Assembly: GCA_963762565.1 (NCBI GenBank)
Contig: CAVXLD010000008.1
Location: 36,662 to 100,661, forward strand
Reading direction: 5' to 3'
Length of the DNA: 64,000 nt
Origin: an uncultured Verrucomicrobiae bacterium
Lineage (GTDB): Bacteria; Verrucomicrobiota; Verrucomicrobiia; Chthoniobacterales; JAFAMB01
The translations under genes were made by a program, and so were the position numbers. Under the pieces are notes generated by a model that was not told the DNA's origin, did no database searches, and saw nothing but the letters and a program-made list of their open reading frames with translations. Each line of letters begins with the position of its first letter. Position 1 is the stretch's first letter. Of this stretch, positions 43,714 through 53,554 are shown piece by piece.

Positions 43714-44139
43714 ATGCATCACCGTCTCGCTACCCCTGCTGATGCGGAGATATTGGGGGAGCTGAACCATCAATTGATCCAGGATGAAGGACATCGGAAC
43801 CGCATGACGATTCCGGACCTGGTAACTCGGTTAAAGGAGTGGTTAGCCGGGAGCTACCGAGCATCCATTTTTGAAGATGATTCCGGTATTCTCGCTTATG
43901 CGCTTTACCGCGAAGAAGCTGATCATATCTACTTGCGCCATTTTTTTGTTCAGCGCGTGCATCGGAGAAGGGGTGTAGGCCGGCAATGCATGCAAATGCT
44001 AGTTTCCGAAGTCTTTCCCAAGGACAAGCGAATTACTCTCAACGTCCTTTGTCATAACCAACCCGCTATCGCTTTCTGGCGGTCAATGGGCTTTGCCGAC
44101 TATTGCCTTATTTTGGAGAGGTTGCCGGGTGGAAAATGA
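43714..44139 (+). CDS. GNAT family acetyltransferase
   Basis: YLRHFFV..HRRRGVG, N.PAIAFWRSMGF. Confidence 0.9.
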   Translation: MHHRLATPADAEILGELNHQLIQDEGHRNRMTIPDLVTRLKEWLAGSYRASIFEDDSGILAYALYREEADHIYLRHFFVQRVHRRRGVGRQCMQMLVSEVFPKDKRITLNVLCHNQPAIAFWRSMGFADYCLILERLPGGK

Positions 44140-44186
44140 ACCGTGGCTACCGTGCGGCAAAGGGACGGGCATATTCGGTCGCAACC

Positions 44187-44456
44187 GTGGAGCGCTGCCT
44201 CGCTTGCGAGGCCGATGGTAAGCAAGGCGATGTCATTTGGTAGGTCCCTGCGCAATCCTGCGCTCTGTACCATTTGCGAGAAAGAGCGCAGCGCGCCTAG
44301 TAAAGCGTCGCACCATCTCGCCCTGTTCACCATCGGCCTCGCACCTTGTCGCGCCGTAGGCTCGGCGGAGGCGGAAGCGAGGCACGCTCCACTACCGCCG
44401 CCACCAATCACCTCTCACCAATCACCTCTCACTTCTCACTTCTCACTTCTCACTTC
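44187..44456. repeat. GTGGAGCG-family REPIN plus (TCACTTC)n/(TCACCAA) heptamer array
   Basis: Inverted REP pair 44187-44391 and tandem heptamers 44400-44456 containing the stop of the downstream gene. Confidence 0.85.
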
Positions 44457-45286
44457 CCCGGCACATCGTCTCCCAGTTTGAGCTGCCAATTTTTATCTGG
44501 GAAGACATGTTTATTATAAAGCGGATGATCAAACCGATGGTGCGCGTACATCAATTCGTGCCACCAGTTCGGCACGACTCGTTTCTGACGCATGCCATTG
44601 ATCTTAGCGATTTTCAGATGCGGGTTCTGCTGATTGAATTCATCAATGGCCAGTAACTCTCCCGTATAATGGGAGTGTAACTCCCAATCGCCGCCGATCA
44701 TGTCGTCGAAGTAACAAAGGACCCGAGGTAAGAAATAAGCATGATCTTCTTTCAATAACTCGAACGCGGTGACGGTTGAGGAATAATAGTCGGCATCGAA
44801 TGAGATGAAGCCAATCGGCGCCGGGTTATATTGCTTAACAAAGTCGGGAATCGTTTGCCTGAATTCCCCTAAAATTAGTTTCGACTGAGTTAGCCGGCCA
44901 AGCAAAGCCTCTTGATCCATTTGGAAAAAACCGGCCTGCCAGAGATAAGGGTTATCCCGGTAATCGATCGGTGCGGGCATTCCGGTTCCGGTATCGAAAC
45001 CGTAGGTATCGACGCCAATACCGGTGTGACGGCTAACTTCTGTTGCGACTTCTTCGAGCGCTAACAACCCATTCCCTGCGGCAACCCCGAACTCGATCGC
45101 ACTAATCTTTTTAACATCCAACGCCTGGGCGGTTAAGGCTGCGCGATAGACACCGTAGGCATAGTCGGGGCGCTTAAACAGGTCCCAACGCATTCGTTGT
45201 TCGAAAGAGGGATTCGGCAATAGCCGAAATACCTTGTGCAAAAACTCTTTTGGAAACAAAGCTTCGATCCATTCGGATAGCTCCAT
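44450..45286 (-). CDS. Hypothetical protein with class I SAM-methyltransferase-like motifs (TylF-like)
   Basis: IEFGVAAG, YGFDTGTG.P, FDADYYSST, YFDD. Confidence 0.7.
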   Translation of the reverse strand: MELSEWIEALFPKEFLHKVFRLLPNPSFEQRMRWDLFKRPDYAYGVYRAALTAQALDVKKISAIEFGVAAGNGLLALEEVATEVSRHTGIGVDTYGFDTGTGMPAPIDYRDNPYLWQAGFFQMDQEALLGRLTQSKLILGEFRQTIPDFVKQYNPAPIGFISFDADYYSSTVTAFELLKEDHAYFLPRVLCYFDDMIGGDWELHSHYTGELLAIDEFNQQNPHLKIAKINGMRQKRVVPNWWHELMYAHHRFDHPLYNKHVFPDKNWQLKLGDDVPGK

Positions 45287-45390
45287 GGTGCTCACCTAAC
45301 TCCGGCCACCGCGCTAATTCCAGTCGCGGCCCTTTATTTTGACGATTTCGAAAAATGTACCGAAAGCCGCGCTGGAACGAAGCCCACTTC

Positions 45391-45610
45391 GGTAGGGCGA
45401 GAATCTCGGCGCGCCCAAGTGTTGTTTCTTCCAAATGCGAGACCGCGCCGGATTCGAGCCGCGGCGTGCGTACCGCATCACCCAGAGGCGGGCGCGGTTT
45501 CTCGTTTAACCAAGCTAGCGAAGTGGTACACGCACGGAACGGCTCGAATCCGGCGCGGGTGCCTTCTGGAAGAAAACTGCTGCTGGGCGCGCCGAGATTC
45601 TCGCCCTACC
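45391..45610. repeat. REPIN-like palindrome GTAGGGCGAGAATCTCGG...CCGAGATTCTCGCCCTAC
   Basis: Perfect outer inverted repeat and inner ccgcgccggattcgagccg/cggctcgaatccggcgcgg stem. Confidence 0.9.
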
Positions 45611-45658
45611 ATGATCGGCTTCGATCGCGCGCCAACGTACGCAAGACATTCAGCCTGC

Positions 45659-46153
45659 TCACAACAGCCGATACATCACGTACGCATCTGTGTAACCATG
45701 CACCGGGTGCAAGAACGCTTCTGAAAGCGTCCCAACAATCTTGAATCCGAGACTTTCCCAAAGGCGGACTGCTCTTTCATTGGTCTTTACGACGAAATTG
45801 AATTGCATGGCGCGAAATCCGCGAGACTTCGCATATTCAAGTGAATGACGACACATCTGGCGGGCGATTCCTCTGCCCGAAGCCGCTGCCGCCGTTATAT
45901 ATCCGCAGTTGGCCACGTGAGATCCACCCCCTTTCTGATTCGCTTGCAGAAAATAGGTTCCCAGAATCTGACCATTATCATCGGCAACGAAGACCTCGTG
46001 TCCGTTGGAGAACCAAAAAGCCAGGGCTTGTTCGCGGGTTAGATCACGATCTAAAGCATAGGTTTCTCCAGCGCGAATAACCGGTTCTAGAATCTCCCAA
46101 ATAGCATTCGAATCATCCGGGCGGTGAGCTTCGCGAATTGTCAGTGCGACCAT
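45659..46153 (-). CDS. GNAT family acetyltransferase
   Basis: NQKGGGSHVANCGY, GRGIA, GFRAMQFNFVV..NERAV.LW..LGF. Confidence 0.93.
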   Translation of the reverse strand: MVALTIREAHRPDDSNAIWEILEPVIRAGETYALDRDLTREQALAFWFSNGHEVFVADDNGQILGTYFLQANQKGGGSHVANCGYITAAAASGRGIARQMCRHSLEYAKSRGFRAMQFNFVVKTNERAVRLWESLGFKIVGTLSEAFLHPVHGYTDAYVMYRLL

Positions 46154-46197
46154 TTCCTACGATTGATCTCTAGACCACGGGCTGCAAGGCTTTGCCG

Positions 46198-46319
46198 GGG
46201 AGGGATCGCGTTCTCGCGATCCGTGGTGAACGCAGTCGAGCACGCGATCTGTTCTCCGACCGAAATACGCGTTCGGGTTGTGGCAAGTCCTCGCGGCGCG
46301 CGGGGACGCGCGCCCTCCC
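46198..46319. repeat. GGGAGGG REP doublet
   Basis: gggagggatcgcgttctcgcgatcc ... cggcgcgcggggacgcgcgccctccc; matches 21361. Confidence 0.8.
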
Positions 46320-46384
46320 TGAATCGCAGCCCGCGAACGTTCATCCTCTTGCAGAAGCAGATTTACTGTTAGAATTATGATTTT

Positions 46385-47758
46385 ATGCGCCGGCTCTGCA
46401 TCGCGGTTCTGTTCTTCTTAGTCTCATTCTCGCCGTCTGTCTCATTGGGCTTGAGTGCCTCCGTACCGCCGGCACCGGTTGGTAAAGCCCTTCTCATTGC
46501 CGACCTTCATTTCGACCCGTTATCCGACCCAGCGATCGTCAAGCAGCTCATCGCCGCGCCGGTTTCAGAGTGGGAGAGCATTTTTGTCGATTCCGGGCAA
46601 ACGGGTTACGCCCACTCACCCCAAGACTCCAACTACCCATTACTGAATTCCGCGTTGTCTGCCGCTGCGAGTCAGACTCCAATCGACTTCGGCATCGCCC
46701 TGGGCGACTATCTGCGGCACGATTTCGAGTCTGCTTTTGTCAAAGCGGGAGGTGACGCAAACGATTTTTCAGCATTTGCTACCAAGACCGCAGTTTATGT
46801 GAGCCACACTCTGCAGACGAAACTAGGAGTTCCTGTTTACCTCGCTCTGGGAAACGACGACTCGCCCTGTGGTGACTACCAGATGACTCCGGGAGGTCCT
46901 TTTCTGGCCGCGCTCGCGGATTCTCTCGATGTATTGGTCCAAAACCCGGAAGCGGCAGCCGATTTCCGCTCAGGCGGCTTTTATGAGCTGCCCCATCCAA
47001 CGGTGCCGAATTATAGGATCCTGGTGCTAAATTCGGTGCTGTGGTCTTCTAATTATTCCAATTGCGGAGCGGATAAGAGCGATCCGGGCGCCGCTGAGCT
47101 TGATTGGCTGAGCTCCAAACTGTACCGCGCCAAAGCCTTAGGAAACAGAGTAATCCTAGTGATGCATATCCCTCCCGGAATCGACTCTTACAGTTCGGCC
47201 AAAGCAGGTAGCGACAAGCCTGCGACTGAGTTTTGGCAAGATCGTTACTTCACCCGCTTTGGAGAGCTGATGCAGAGCTATGGAGAGATCGTGGAGATCG
47301 CGTTTGCCGGGCATACCCACATGGATGATTTCCGCGTTCTTGGCAGCGCAAGCGGGGGTGTGCCTATCGCCTTCCGCATTACTCCGGCCGTTACCCCAAT
47401 CTTTGGAAATAATCCGGCGTTCTCAGTCTTTGACTATAACCTCAGTACTTGTGCAGTTTCAGACATAGCCACCTATTTCTTGGATCTCGCCAAGGGCGAC
47501 GACAATCCTCAATGGGCTTTGGAATACCGTTTTTCTAAGGCTTACGGATACAGTGCCTACACGGCGGCGAATCTTGAGGCACTGATCGATGCTATCCAAG
47601 CTGACCCGAACATTCGCCAGGCCTTCGCCGATTACTATGCGGCTTCTGCCCCTTCACCCATCAATCCGAAGAACTGGCCCTTCTACATTTGCGCCCAAGC
47701 GCATTTTACCGCGACTGACTACAGCAGCTGTGTGTCCACTGCGCAGACAGGTCCCTGA
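46385..47758 (+). CDS. Secreted calcineurin-like metallophosphoesterase, acid sphingomyelinase/SMPDL3-like
   Basis: Signal peptide; ADLHFDP, LGDYLRH, LGNDD, MHIPPG, AGHTHMDDF, PAVTP..NNPAF, W.LEY.F..AYG. Confidence 0.85.
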   Translation: MRRLCIAVLFFLVSFSPSVSLGLSASVPPAPVGKALLIADLHFDPLSDPAIVKQLIAAPVSEWESIFVDSGQTGYAHSPQDSNYPLLNSALSAAASQTPIDFGIALGDYLRHDFESAFVKAGGDANDFSAFATKTAVYVSHTLQTKLGVPVYLALGNDDSPCGDYQMTPGGPFLAALADSLDVLVQNPEAAADFRSGGFYELPHPTVPNYRILVLNSVLWSSNYSNCGADKSDPGAAELDWLSSKLYRAKALGNRVILVMHIPPGIDSYSSAKAGSDKPATEFWQDRYFTRFGELMQSYGEIVEIAFAGHTHMDDFRVLGSASGGVPIAFRITPAVTPIFGNNPAFSVFDYNLSTCAVSDIATYFLDLAKGDDNPQWALEYRFSKAYGYSAYTAANLEALIDAIQADPNIRQAFADYYAASAPSPINPKNWPFYICAQAHFTATDYSSCVSTAQTGP

Positions 47759-47808
47759 GAATGAGAAAGGCCCTGGTTACTGTTAGCGGATAGTCGGTTT
47801 CGCTGTCG

Positions 47809-48432
47809 TTGCTTGTGAAATCCGCGCCGTATGACAAGCATGCCGGTACCTATGACCGGGCCTGGCGCCGGTACATCACGCAAACCTTGGGCTTCCTAAA
47901 GGCTTCGATCTCTTTTCGTTCATCCGACAAAATCCTGGATGTCGGCTGTGGCACTGGAGAATTTGAACGTTTAATCCTGAGCGAGCACCCCGAACAGCAC
48001 ATGGTTGGCATCGACATTTCGGAAAACATGTTGAGGCTCGCCCGAAAGAAATGCAGCCGTTATCCAAATGTAGCTTTCCTGAAAGCGGATGCCTCGGCGC
48101 TGCCGTTTCCGGATCACAGTTTCGATCTGGTCATTTCGGCTAGCTCTTTACACTACTTTAATCAGCCGGGCGCCAGTTTAGCCGAAATGCGACGAGTGCT
48201 TAATCCCAGCGGTTCAGTTGTTATCCTCGATTGGTGCAAAAATTATCTGATCTGCCGATGTTTCGATTTCTTCCTCAAGCGAATCGAACGCGGCTACCAT
48301 TCTTGCTATACGCAGTCCGAACTCCATCGTCTGTTAAGTTCCGCAGGGTTCGCGATTCAATCAGCCCAAACAACAAAATTAGGGTCAATCTTCTGGGGAC
48401 ATATAATTGTGGTCGCCATTCCTAAGGGTTAG
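47809..48432 (+). CDS. Class I SAM-dependent methyltransferase (UbiE-like)
   Basis: ILDVGCGTG, LPFPDHSFD, RVLNPSG. Confidence 0.9.
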   Translation: MLVKSAPYDKHAGTYDRAWRRYITQTLGFLKASISFRSSDKILDVGCGTGEFERLILSEHPEQHMVGIDISENMLRLARKKCSRYPNVAFLKADASALPFPDHSFDLVISASSLHYFNQPGASLAEMRRVLNPSGSVVILDWCKNYLICRCFDFFLKRIERGYHSCYTQSELHRLLSSAGFAIQSAQTTKLGSIFWGHIIVVAIPKG

Positions 48433-48449
48433 CGCGATCGAGCCTACAA

Positions 48450-48740
48450 AAAACCAACCGCGAATGGACCCGAATTGACGCGAAGTAGGCGCGAAGCGTG
48501 GAGCGCGCCTTGCTTGCAAGGCCGATGGTAAGCAAGGGACATCGTTATGCATCCCCCAATTTTTGTCCGCACTCTATGTCGCCACGCTTACCTCTTCACC
48601 TATGAGCGCTGCCAGACAATACGCCTCATCCGCCGTCGACCCTGCTTACCATCGGCCTTGCAAGCAAGGCGCGCTCCACGCTTCGCGTCAATTCGTGTCT
48701 CCATTGCAGTTCACTTTTTTCTTGGCGTTCATTCGCGGTT
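48450..48740. repeat. GTGGAGCG-family REPIN nested in AACCGCGAATG/CATTCGCGGTT arms
   Basis: Inner pair 48498-48679, internal sequence similar to 39818-40001; outer arm overlaps the stop of 48729-49109. Confidence 0.85.
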
Positions 48741-49109
48741 TAGCTTTGCCAGAAACGGATCACCATGGTTACTGAGCCAATCTTCCAGTTTTTTCGTACA
48801 ATCGCAGTCAGTGCAGGCCCAAGGCTCCTGACCATTCAGATCTCGGCAATCTTTGCGCGCATGCGCATCTTTAACGCTAAGCAGCTCAAAATAGCGTTCC
48901 CAGTATGGGCGTTCTTCAGCGAGCGGGGTGGCGCAAAAGCACACTTCGACCCAGGTTACGGTGTGATCGGGAGTCAGGCGCGCGTGTTCCATGTCCCAGA
49001 GATATTCGTCTCCGGCGACTGAACCTCGACCTAACGTCTTTTCAGTGATCGCTTGTGCTAGAGCAGTTTCCCTCCCAGGTTTGAGGCGCGCTTTGACCAG
49101 GTAACGCAT
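48729..49109 (-). CDS. Conserved-looking hypothetical Cys-rich protein
   Basis: 126 aa, ATG start, motifs VCFC, CRD, CTDCDC. Confidence 0.7.
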   Translation of the reverse strand: MRYLVKARLKPGRETALAQAITEKTLGRGSVAGDEYLWDMEHARLTPDHTVTWVEVCFCATPLAEERPYWERYFELLSVKDAHARKDCRDLNGQEPWACTDCDCTKKLEDWLSNHGDPFLAKLNRE

Positions 49110-49121
49110 GGATAAGGCGAA

Positions 49122-49268
49122 ATCTCACGCAAAGCCGCCAAGACGCAAAGAAAAGACAACAACCGCAGCCCCGAAATTCTCCGGGGTGAAATGGACGCAG
49201 ATTTACGCAGATAGCGGTTGCCTGCCTAGAGCGCTGTCCTTTGCGTCCTTTGCGCCTTTGCGTGAGAT
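49122..49268. repeat. TCTCACGCAAAG..CTTTGCGTGAGA element with a CGCAGAT arm nested inside
   Basis: Inverted octamer arms; single arms also at 4358-4384 and 43556-43583. Confidence 0.8.
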
Positions 49269-49459
49269 TTTTTCTTTGTAGGTCCTCCTCAGCTCTCCTC
49301 CAAACGACTGCGCTATCGTTCTCGTCCTCGTCGTCGTCCTCGTCCTCGAGAGGGTTCCCCATGGGTTGCACGAGATGTCTGTCCGGAAACCCATTCTTAG
49401 AATCGGCTCCCGGCGACTCCGGTATTGCCATTCTGCCAGATATATAATACCTTCCTCTC

Positions 49460-49708
49460 ATGAGGACGATGACCCTCAAAATACCCGAAGACCTTTTTGC
49501 CGAGATTGCCAGCGAAGCCCGGGTTCGTAACATCTCGAAGTCGCAGGTGGTTCGTGAGCGATTGGCCAAGCGCCGCACTGCCAAAAACAAAGGCTCACTT
49601 TGGAACCAAATGGAAGATCTGGTAATCCAATCAGATTCCCTCCCGGCTGACCTTTCGTCGAATAAAGCGCACCTGAAGTCGTATGGCCAAAACCGTGCTG
49701 ATCGATAG
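49460..49708 (+). CDS. RHH/CopG-type antitoxin (VapB-like)
   Basis: MRTMTLKIPEDL..ISKSQVVRE ribbon-helix-helix; DLSSNK.HL.SYG tail; overlaps the PIN gene. Confidence 0.85.
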   Translation: MRTMTLKIPEDLFAEIASEARVRNISKSQVVRERLAKRRTAKNKGSLWNQMEDLVIQSDSLPADLSSNKAHLKSYGQNRADR

Positions 49709-50099
49709 CGGCCCGATCGTGGCGGTACTTCGAAGGCGGGATCAACACCACGGGTGGGCGAGGGCACATTTCGAAACAAGCAATGAATCGTTTGCCACTT
49801 GCGAAGCGGTAATTTCCGAAAGCCACTTTTTGCTTGAGGGAACTCCCGGTGGCGTCGAGGCGCTCTACGCTTTGCTGGAGCGAAGTGTTATCAAGGTGCC
49901 ATTTTCGCTCACGAACCAGCTCGACGAAACGGTCCGGCTGATCCGGCGCTATCACGATATTCCGATGAGCTTAGCGGATGCATGTCTCGTACGCATGGCG
50001 GAGTTGGAGGAGGACATTGCAGTGTTCACGACCGACACCGATTTTCGGCTTTATCGTCGAAATGGGAGACAGGTCATCCCGGTGATCATGCCTACGTGA
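49683..50099 (+). CDS. vapC: PIN-domain toxin (VapC)
   Basis: VLIDSGP, EAVISE, MSLADA, FTTD.DF. Confidence 0.92.
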   Translation: MAKTVLIDSGPIVAVLRRRDQHHGWARAHFETSNESFATCEAVISESHFLLEGTPGGVEALYALLERSVIKVPFSLTNQLDETVRLIRRYHDIPMSLADACLVRMAELEEDIAVFTTDTDFRLYRRNGRQVIPVIMPT

Positions 50100-50279
50100 C
50101 GACGTACCGGCGGGAACCGTGGAGCGCTGCCTCGCTTGCGAGGCCGTGTTGACCAGGGAAGAGGTCCGGGAGCAAGTCCCTTCGTTGTCGCGCTCTATTC
50201 CGCTGCGCCACGAACGAGCATCCGCCTCGTACCCGGTGAAGGAGCCAGGATTTACAAAAGAAAGAGAACAATTCCAACA

Positions 50280-50528
50280 GCCTCGGCGCCGCCGACCCCG
50301 ATCTCGTTAGCTAAGATTCCTTCTGAGACCGAGTCGGCCTTTGGCGAGCTGCGTCAAATCGAGGAAGGGGCGTCTAAAGACAAAGCAACTCTGGCATCCA
50401 CGACCAGGAGTCTTGCTAACCTTACGACGGAGCTCCGTGCCAGGATCCTCGAAGACAATAGAATTCTCGCCGGTAAAGCTATAGCGGACAGGCAGCGCGC
50501 CCTCCCCGATTTGCCTCTCCGGTGTTAG
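50280..50528 (+). pseudogene. Fragment of a coiled periplasmic domain (possibly MscK-like N-terminus)
   Basis: Protein-like segment PTPISLAKIPSETESAFGELRQIEE..LANLTTELRARILED without start or downstream domains. Confidence 0.3.
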
Positions 50529-50637
50529 CGTTTGCCTCTTGACCGCTGCATACCGTTCTGTCACTCAGACGGGAGATCACTCGAATCTCCTCGGAGCACC
50601 TCCACCAGAACGGGCATTAACCATCATCGGAGCAAAT

Positions 50638-51810
50638 ATGAACCGTCTACGAGCCATTCCCGGATTGATCATTCTGTTCTGTTTTTCGCTGACCGCATAT
50701 GCGGCCGATCAAACCCAATCTTTGAACTCTACGCTGGAACCGTACTTGAAGGAGTTCGGCTTACCCGCATTGTCGGCAGCGGTTTTCAAAAATGGAGAAA
50801 TTATTGCTGCCGGAGCGGTTGGCACAAGAAGGGCGGGGGAGAATATCCCGGTCACCATCGATGACAAGTTCCATCTTGGGTCCGATAGCAAGGCGTTTAC
50901 GGCTTTACTCGCCGGGATGTATGTTCAACAGGGCAAACTCCGGTGGGATTCAACATTGGGAGAAATTTTTCCCGAGTTGAAAGACAAGATGGACCCCGAA
51001 TTCGCGAAGATCACTGTACAGGAACTGCTCTCGCATTCGAGCGGCCTGGCTGATAAAGACCTGCTAGACTTGGTCAATCGGTCCTATCAACAAGATGGAA
51101 ACATGGATGAGGTCCGTTACTGGATGCTGAAAGAGACGGCGCCAAAACCGCTGGATCATCCGCGGGGCAGTAAATTTTCTTATTCAAACCTTGGGTACAC
51201 TCTGGCTGGCGTCATTCTCGAGCGGCTAAGTGGGAAGACCTGGGAAGAATTAGTAGAGGAGAAGATCTTCGAACCGATGGGGTTGACGACTGCCGGGTTT
51301 GGCCCGCAAGCGAGTTTAGGCAAAGTGGACTCAACCCTGGGCCATTTCCTTGTCGATGGTAAGGCAAAAGCGATGTTAGCCGGCCCGAATGGCGATAACC
51401 CACTCATCTTAGGCCCGGCCGGCACGATTCATATGTCGGTGCTCGATTTTGCGAAATGGGCCGCGTGGCAGGCAGGTGAAGGGAAACGACCACCCGCCTT
51501 GGTTTCACCGGAGATCCTGAAGAAGATTCATACTCCGGTGATCGATACCGGCGTGCGCGAAGACGCCCCGCCGGGTACGCCGAAGACCGGGAAATACGCA
51601 CTGGGCTGGGGCCAGGTTCTTGAGAGTTGGGCAACTCAGCCCTGTCTCACTCACACCGGATCGAACAACGCGAACCTTGCCCTTGCCACGATCTGGCCTG
51701 AGAACGATTTCGGATTCGTCATCATGACCAATATCGGCGGTAAAGGCGCCGATGCCGCGTTGCGAAAATTAGGCCAGGATCTGTATCAGCAGTTCGGGAA
51801 CGCGAAATAG
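50638..51810 (+). CDS. Serine hydrolase, beta-lactamase class C family, secreted
   Basis: Signal peptide from ATG 50638; SxxK (GSDSK), LLSHSSG, YSN, HTGS. Confidence 0.93.
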   Translation: MNRLRAIPGLIILFCFSLTAYAADQTQSLNSTLEPYLKEFGLPALSAAVFKNGEIIAAGAVGTRRAGENIPVTIDDKFHLGSDSKAFTALLAGMYVQQGKLRWDSTLGEIFPELKDKMDPEFAKITVQELLSHSSGLADKDLLDLVNRSYQQDGNMDEVRYWMLKETAPKPLDHPRGSKFSYSNLGYTLAGVILERLSGKTWEELVEEKIFEPMGLTTAGFGPQASLGKVDSTLGHFLVDGKAKAMLAGPNGDNPLILGPAGTIHMSVLDFAKWAAWQAGEGKRPPALVSPEILKKIHTPVIDTGVREDAPPGTPKTGKYALGWGQVLESWATQPCLTHTGSNNANLALATIWPENDFGFVIMTNIGGKGADAALRKLGQDLYQQFGNAK

Positions 51811-51934
51811 CGGCCGTGGAGCGCGCCTCGCTTGCGAGGCCGACCTTGAACTCCCGACTTAGCTTGCGGAAAGAACTCTCGGCCGACAATTTCAAAAGCT
51901 ACGTCGGGCAAGCCTGCAACTCCTTTCTCTGCCC

Positions 51935-52330
51935 ATGAACGAAATCCCTAAGTTACGCGTTGCCCGGCCAACCGATGATCTTGATGCGCTGATCCGCTTT
52001 TACCGTGACGGGCTAGGATTACAGATCCTGAGTCGTTTCGAGAACCACGACGGATTCGACGGCGTGATGCTGGGGCGCGCCGGTGCGCCTTATCATTTTG
52101 AGTTTACCCATGCTCACGGCCATTCTGCCGGTCGTGCCCCGACCCAGGATAATCTTCTGGTCTTTTATCTGCCCGATAGAACGGAGTGGGAAACCGCCGT
52201 CCGCTCAATGCAGGATGCCGGCTTCCAGCCCGTACCCGCTTTCAATCCTTACTGGGATCGCAACGGTGTAACGTTCGAAGACCCCGATGGCTATCGAATC
52301 GTTCTCCAAAATTCCTCCTGGGATCAGTGA
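51935..52330 (+). CDS. VOC/glyoxalase family protein (YycE-like)
   Basis: LRVARPT, HDGFDGVMLG, HFEFT, NPYW, FEDPDGYR. Confidence 0.93.
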   Translation: MNEIPKLRVARPTDDLDALIRFYRDGLGLQILSRFENHDGFDGVMLGRAGAPYHFEFTHAHGHSAGRAPTQDNLLVFYLPDRTEWETAVRSMQDAGFQPVPAFNPYWDRNGVTFEDPDGYRIVLQNSSWDQ

Positions 52331-52452
52331 CAACTGCAACCGGTTCAATGAGAACCATTTGTCATCTGCCATTTGTAATTTGTCATGCGCCCTTCCGCCC
52401 TGGCCATCGCTTGACATTACGCCTGTGCGCGGTACCCTTCCCATCCTGTTTC

Positions 52453-52526
52453 GCACCCGTAGCTCAACTGGATAGAGCATCTGACTACGGATCAGAAGGT
52501 TGTGTGTTCGAATCACGCCGGGTGCA
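52453..52526 (+). tRNA. tRNA-Arg (ACG), CCA not encoded
   Basis: Acceptor gcacccg/cgggtgc, D-arm gctc..gagc, anticodon arm tctga-ctACGga-tcaga, T-loop ttcgaat. Confidence 0.97.
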
Positions 52527-52758
52527 AATCAAGTTCCAGAGCCGATCGGCGGGCGATTAATGAAACAAAAATCGGGAGCGATTTTCGGATTACTGCCGGA
52601 ATACTGCCGTCTAAATTTTGCCTTTAGAACACCGAGGTGGCGCACCAGCAACGATGGCAAACGCAACGCCGCCCCGCATCGCCGCCCGAACCGCTTAAAT
52701 ACTCGATCCGCTATTCGAGTCTACCGATACAGTCTACCAATCTCGATTCGATAGCTCG

Positions 52759-53205
52759 CTATTTATCGTTTTGCGATCGGCTAAGCTTTATCTCGCCGAT
52801 ACGTTTGGCGATAGTCTCTTTTTGAGCCGTCGTGACAGCGGATTGTAAGTAGTACTGCCGCCTTACTTCCTCGACTGCTGCGAAGCGAAGCGTTTCGGAA
52901 ACCACCACTTGACCTAAACCCAGGCCGCCCTGAGCCATAAGCAAGCCGCTCCCGCCTAAGCCTTCGTGTTTCTTTACTTCCATACCGTAGTTCACCGCTG
53001 CGAGGAAACCTTCGATAGTCGGAGGGACGATATAAAACGCAGGATCCTTCGGGAAGCGAACACCCTCATACATTTGGTCGGCGACAAAGCTGCGCTGTTC
53101 CGGATTGAGGGTTTGCGGGTCGATTTCGAGTTTGACCGTGCTGGTCGGAGCATTAATCCCGTGACGGAAGCAAGCCGCCTGATCAACGTTACATAGGATT
53201 TTCAT
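52759..53205 (-). CDS. Hypothetical protein (first gene of the tRNA-adjacent island)
   Basis: 148-aa ATG ORF with protein-like composition; no family recognised. Confidence 0.6.
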   Translation of the reverse strand: MKILCNVDQAACFRHGINAPTSTVKLEIDPQTLNPEQRSFVADQMYEGVRFPKDPAFYIVPPTIEGFLAAVNYGMEVKKHEGLGGSGLLMAQGGLGLGQVVVSETLRFAAVEEVRRQYYLQSAVTTAQKETIAKRIGEIKLSRSQNDK

Positions 53206-53356
53206 AAGTTTGTATATTTGTTTGTCTAGTTTGTCTGTGTTTAGCCCACTTCTGACTGGGCACCGGATGCGATTGTCTCCGCACCGCGAGGTTGTACTAG
53301 GTAATACTCTATTTGGTTCTCCGTTGCAAGACCCTGTGAGAGAGAGAATAGTCGCG

Positions 53357-53554
53357 CTAAAATTTGAATCTAGCGCTTACTGGGGGCTTGGCTCCCGGTT
53401 CTTCCCAAGGTCGGCGTTCCCACCATGCAAGCTTACCGAAACACCGCCTGTGCCATTCGCGGTGGCAGTGATTCCATCCGAACGCTAGGACCACGTTCAG
53501 AACCACGCTATAAGTGAGGAGCGTTATTAGAGGTATTCCAAACAGGGCATCCAT
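53357..53554 (-). CDS. Small hypothetical membrane protein
   Basis: MDALFGIPLITLLTYSVVLNVVLAFGW single TM. Confidence 0.35.
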   Translation of the reverse strand: MDALFGIPLITLLTYSVVLNVVLAFGWNHCHREWHRRCFGKLAWWERRPWEEPGAKPPVSARFKF

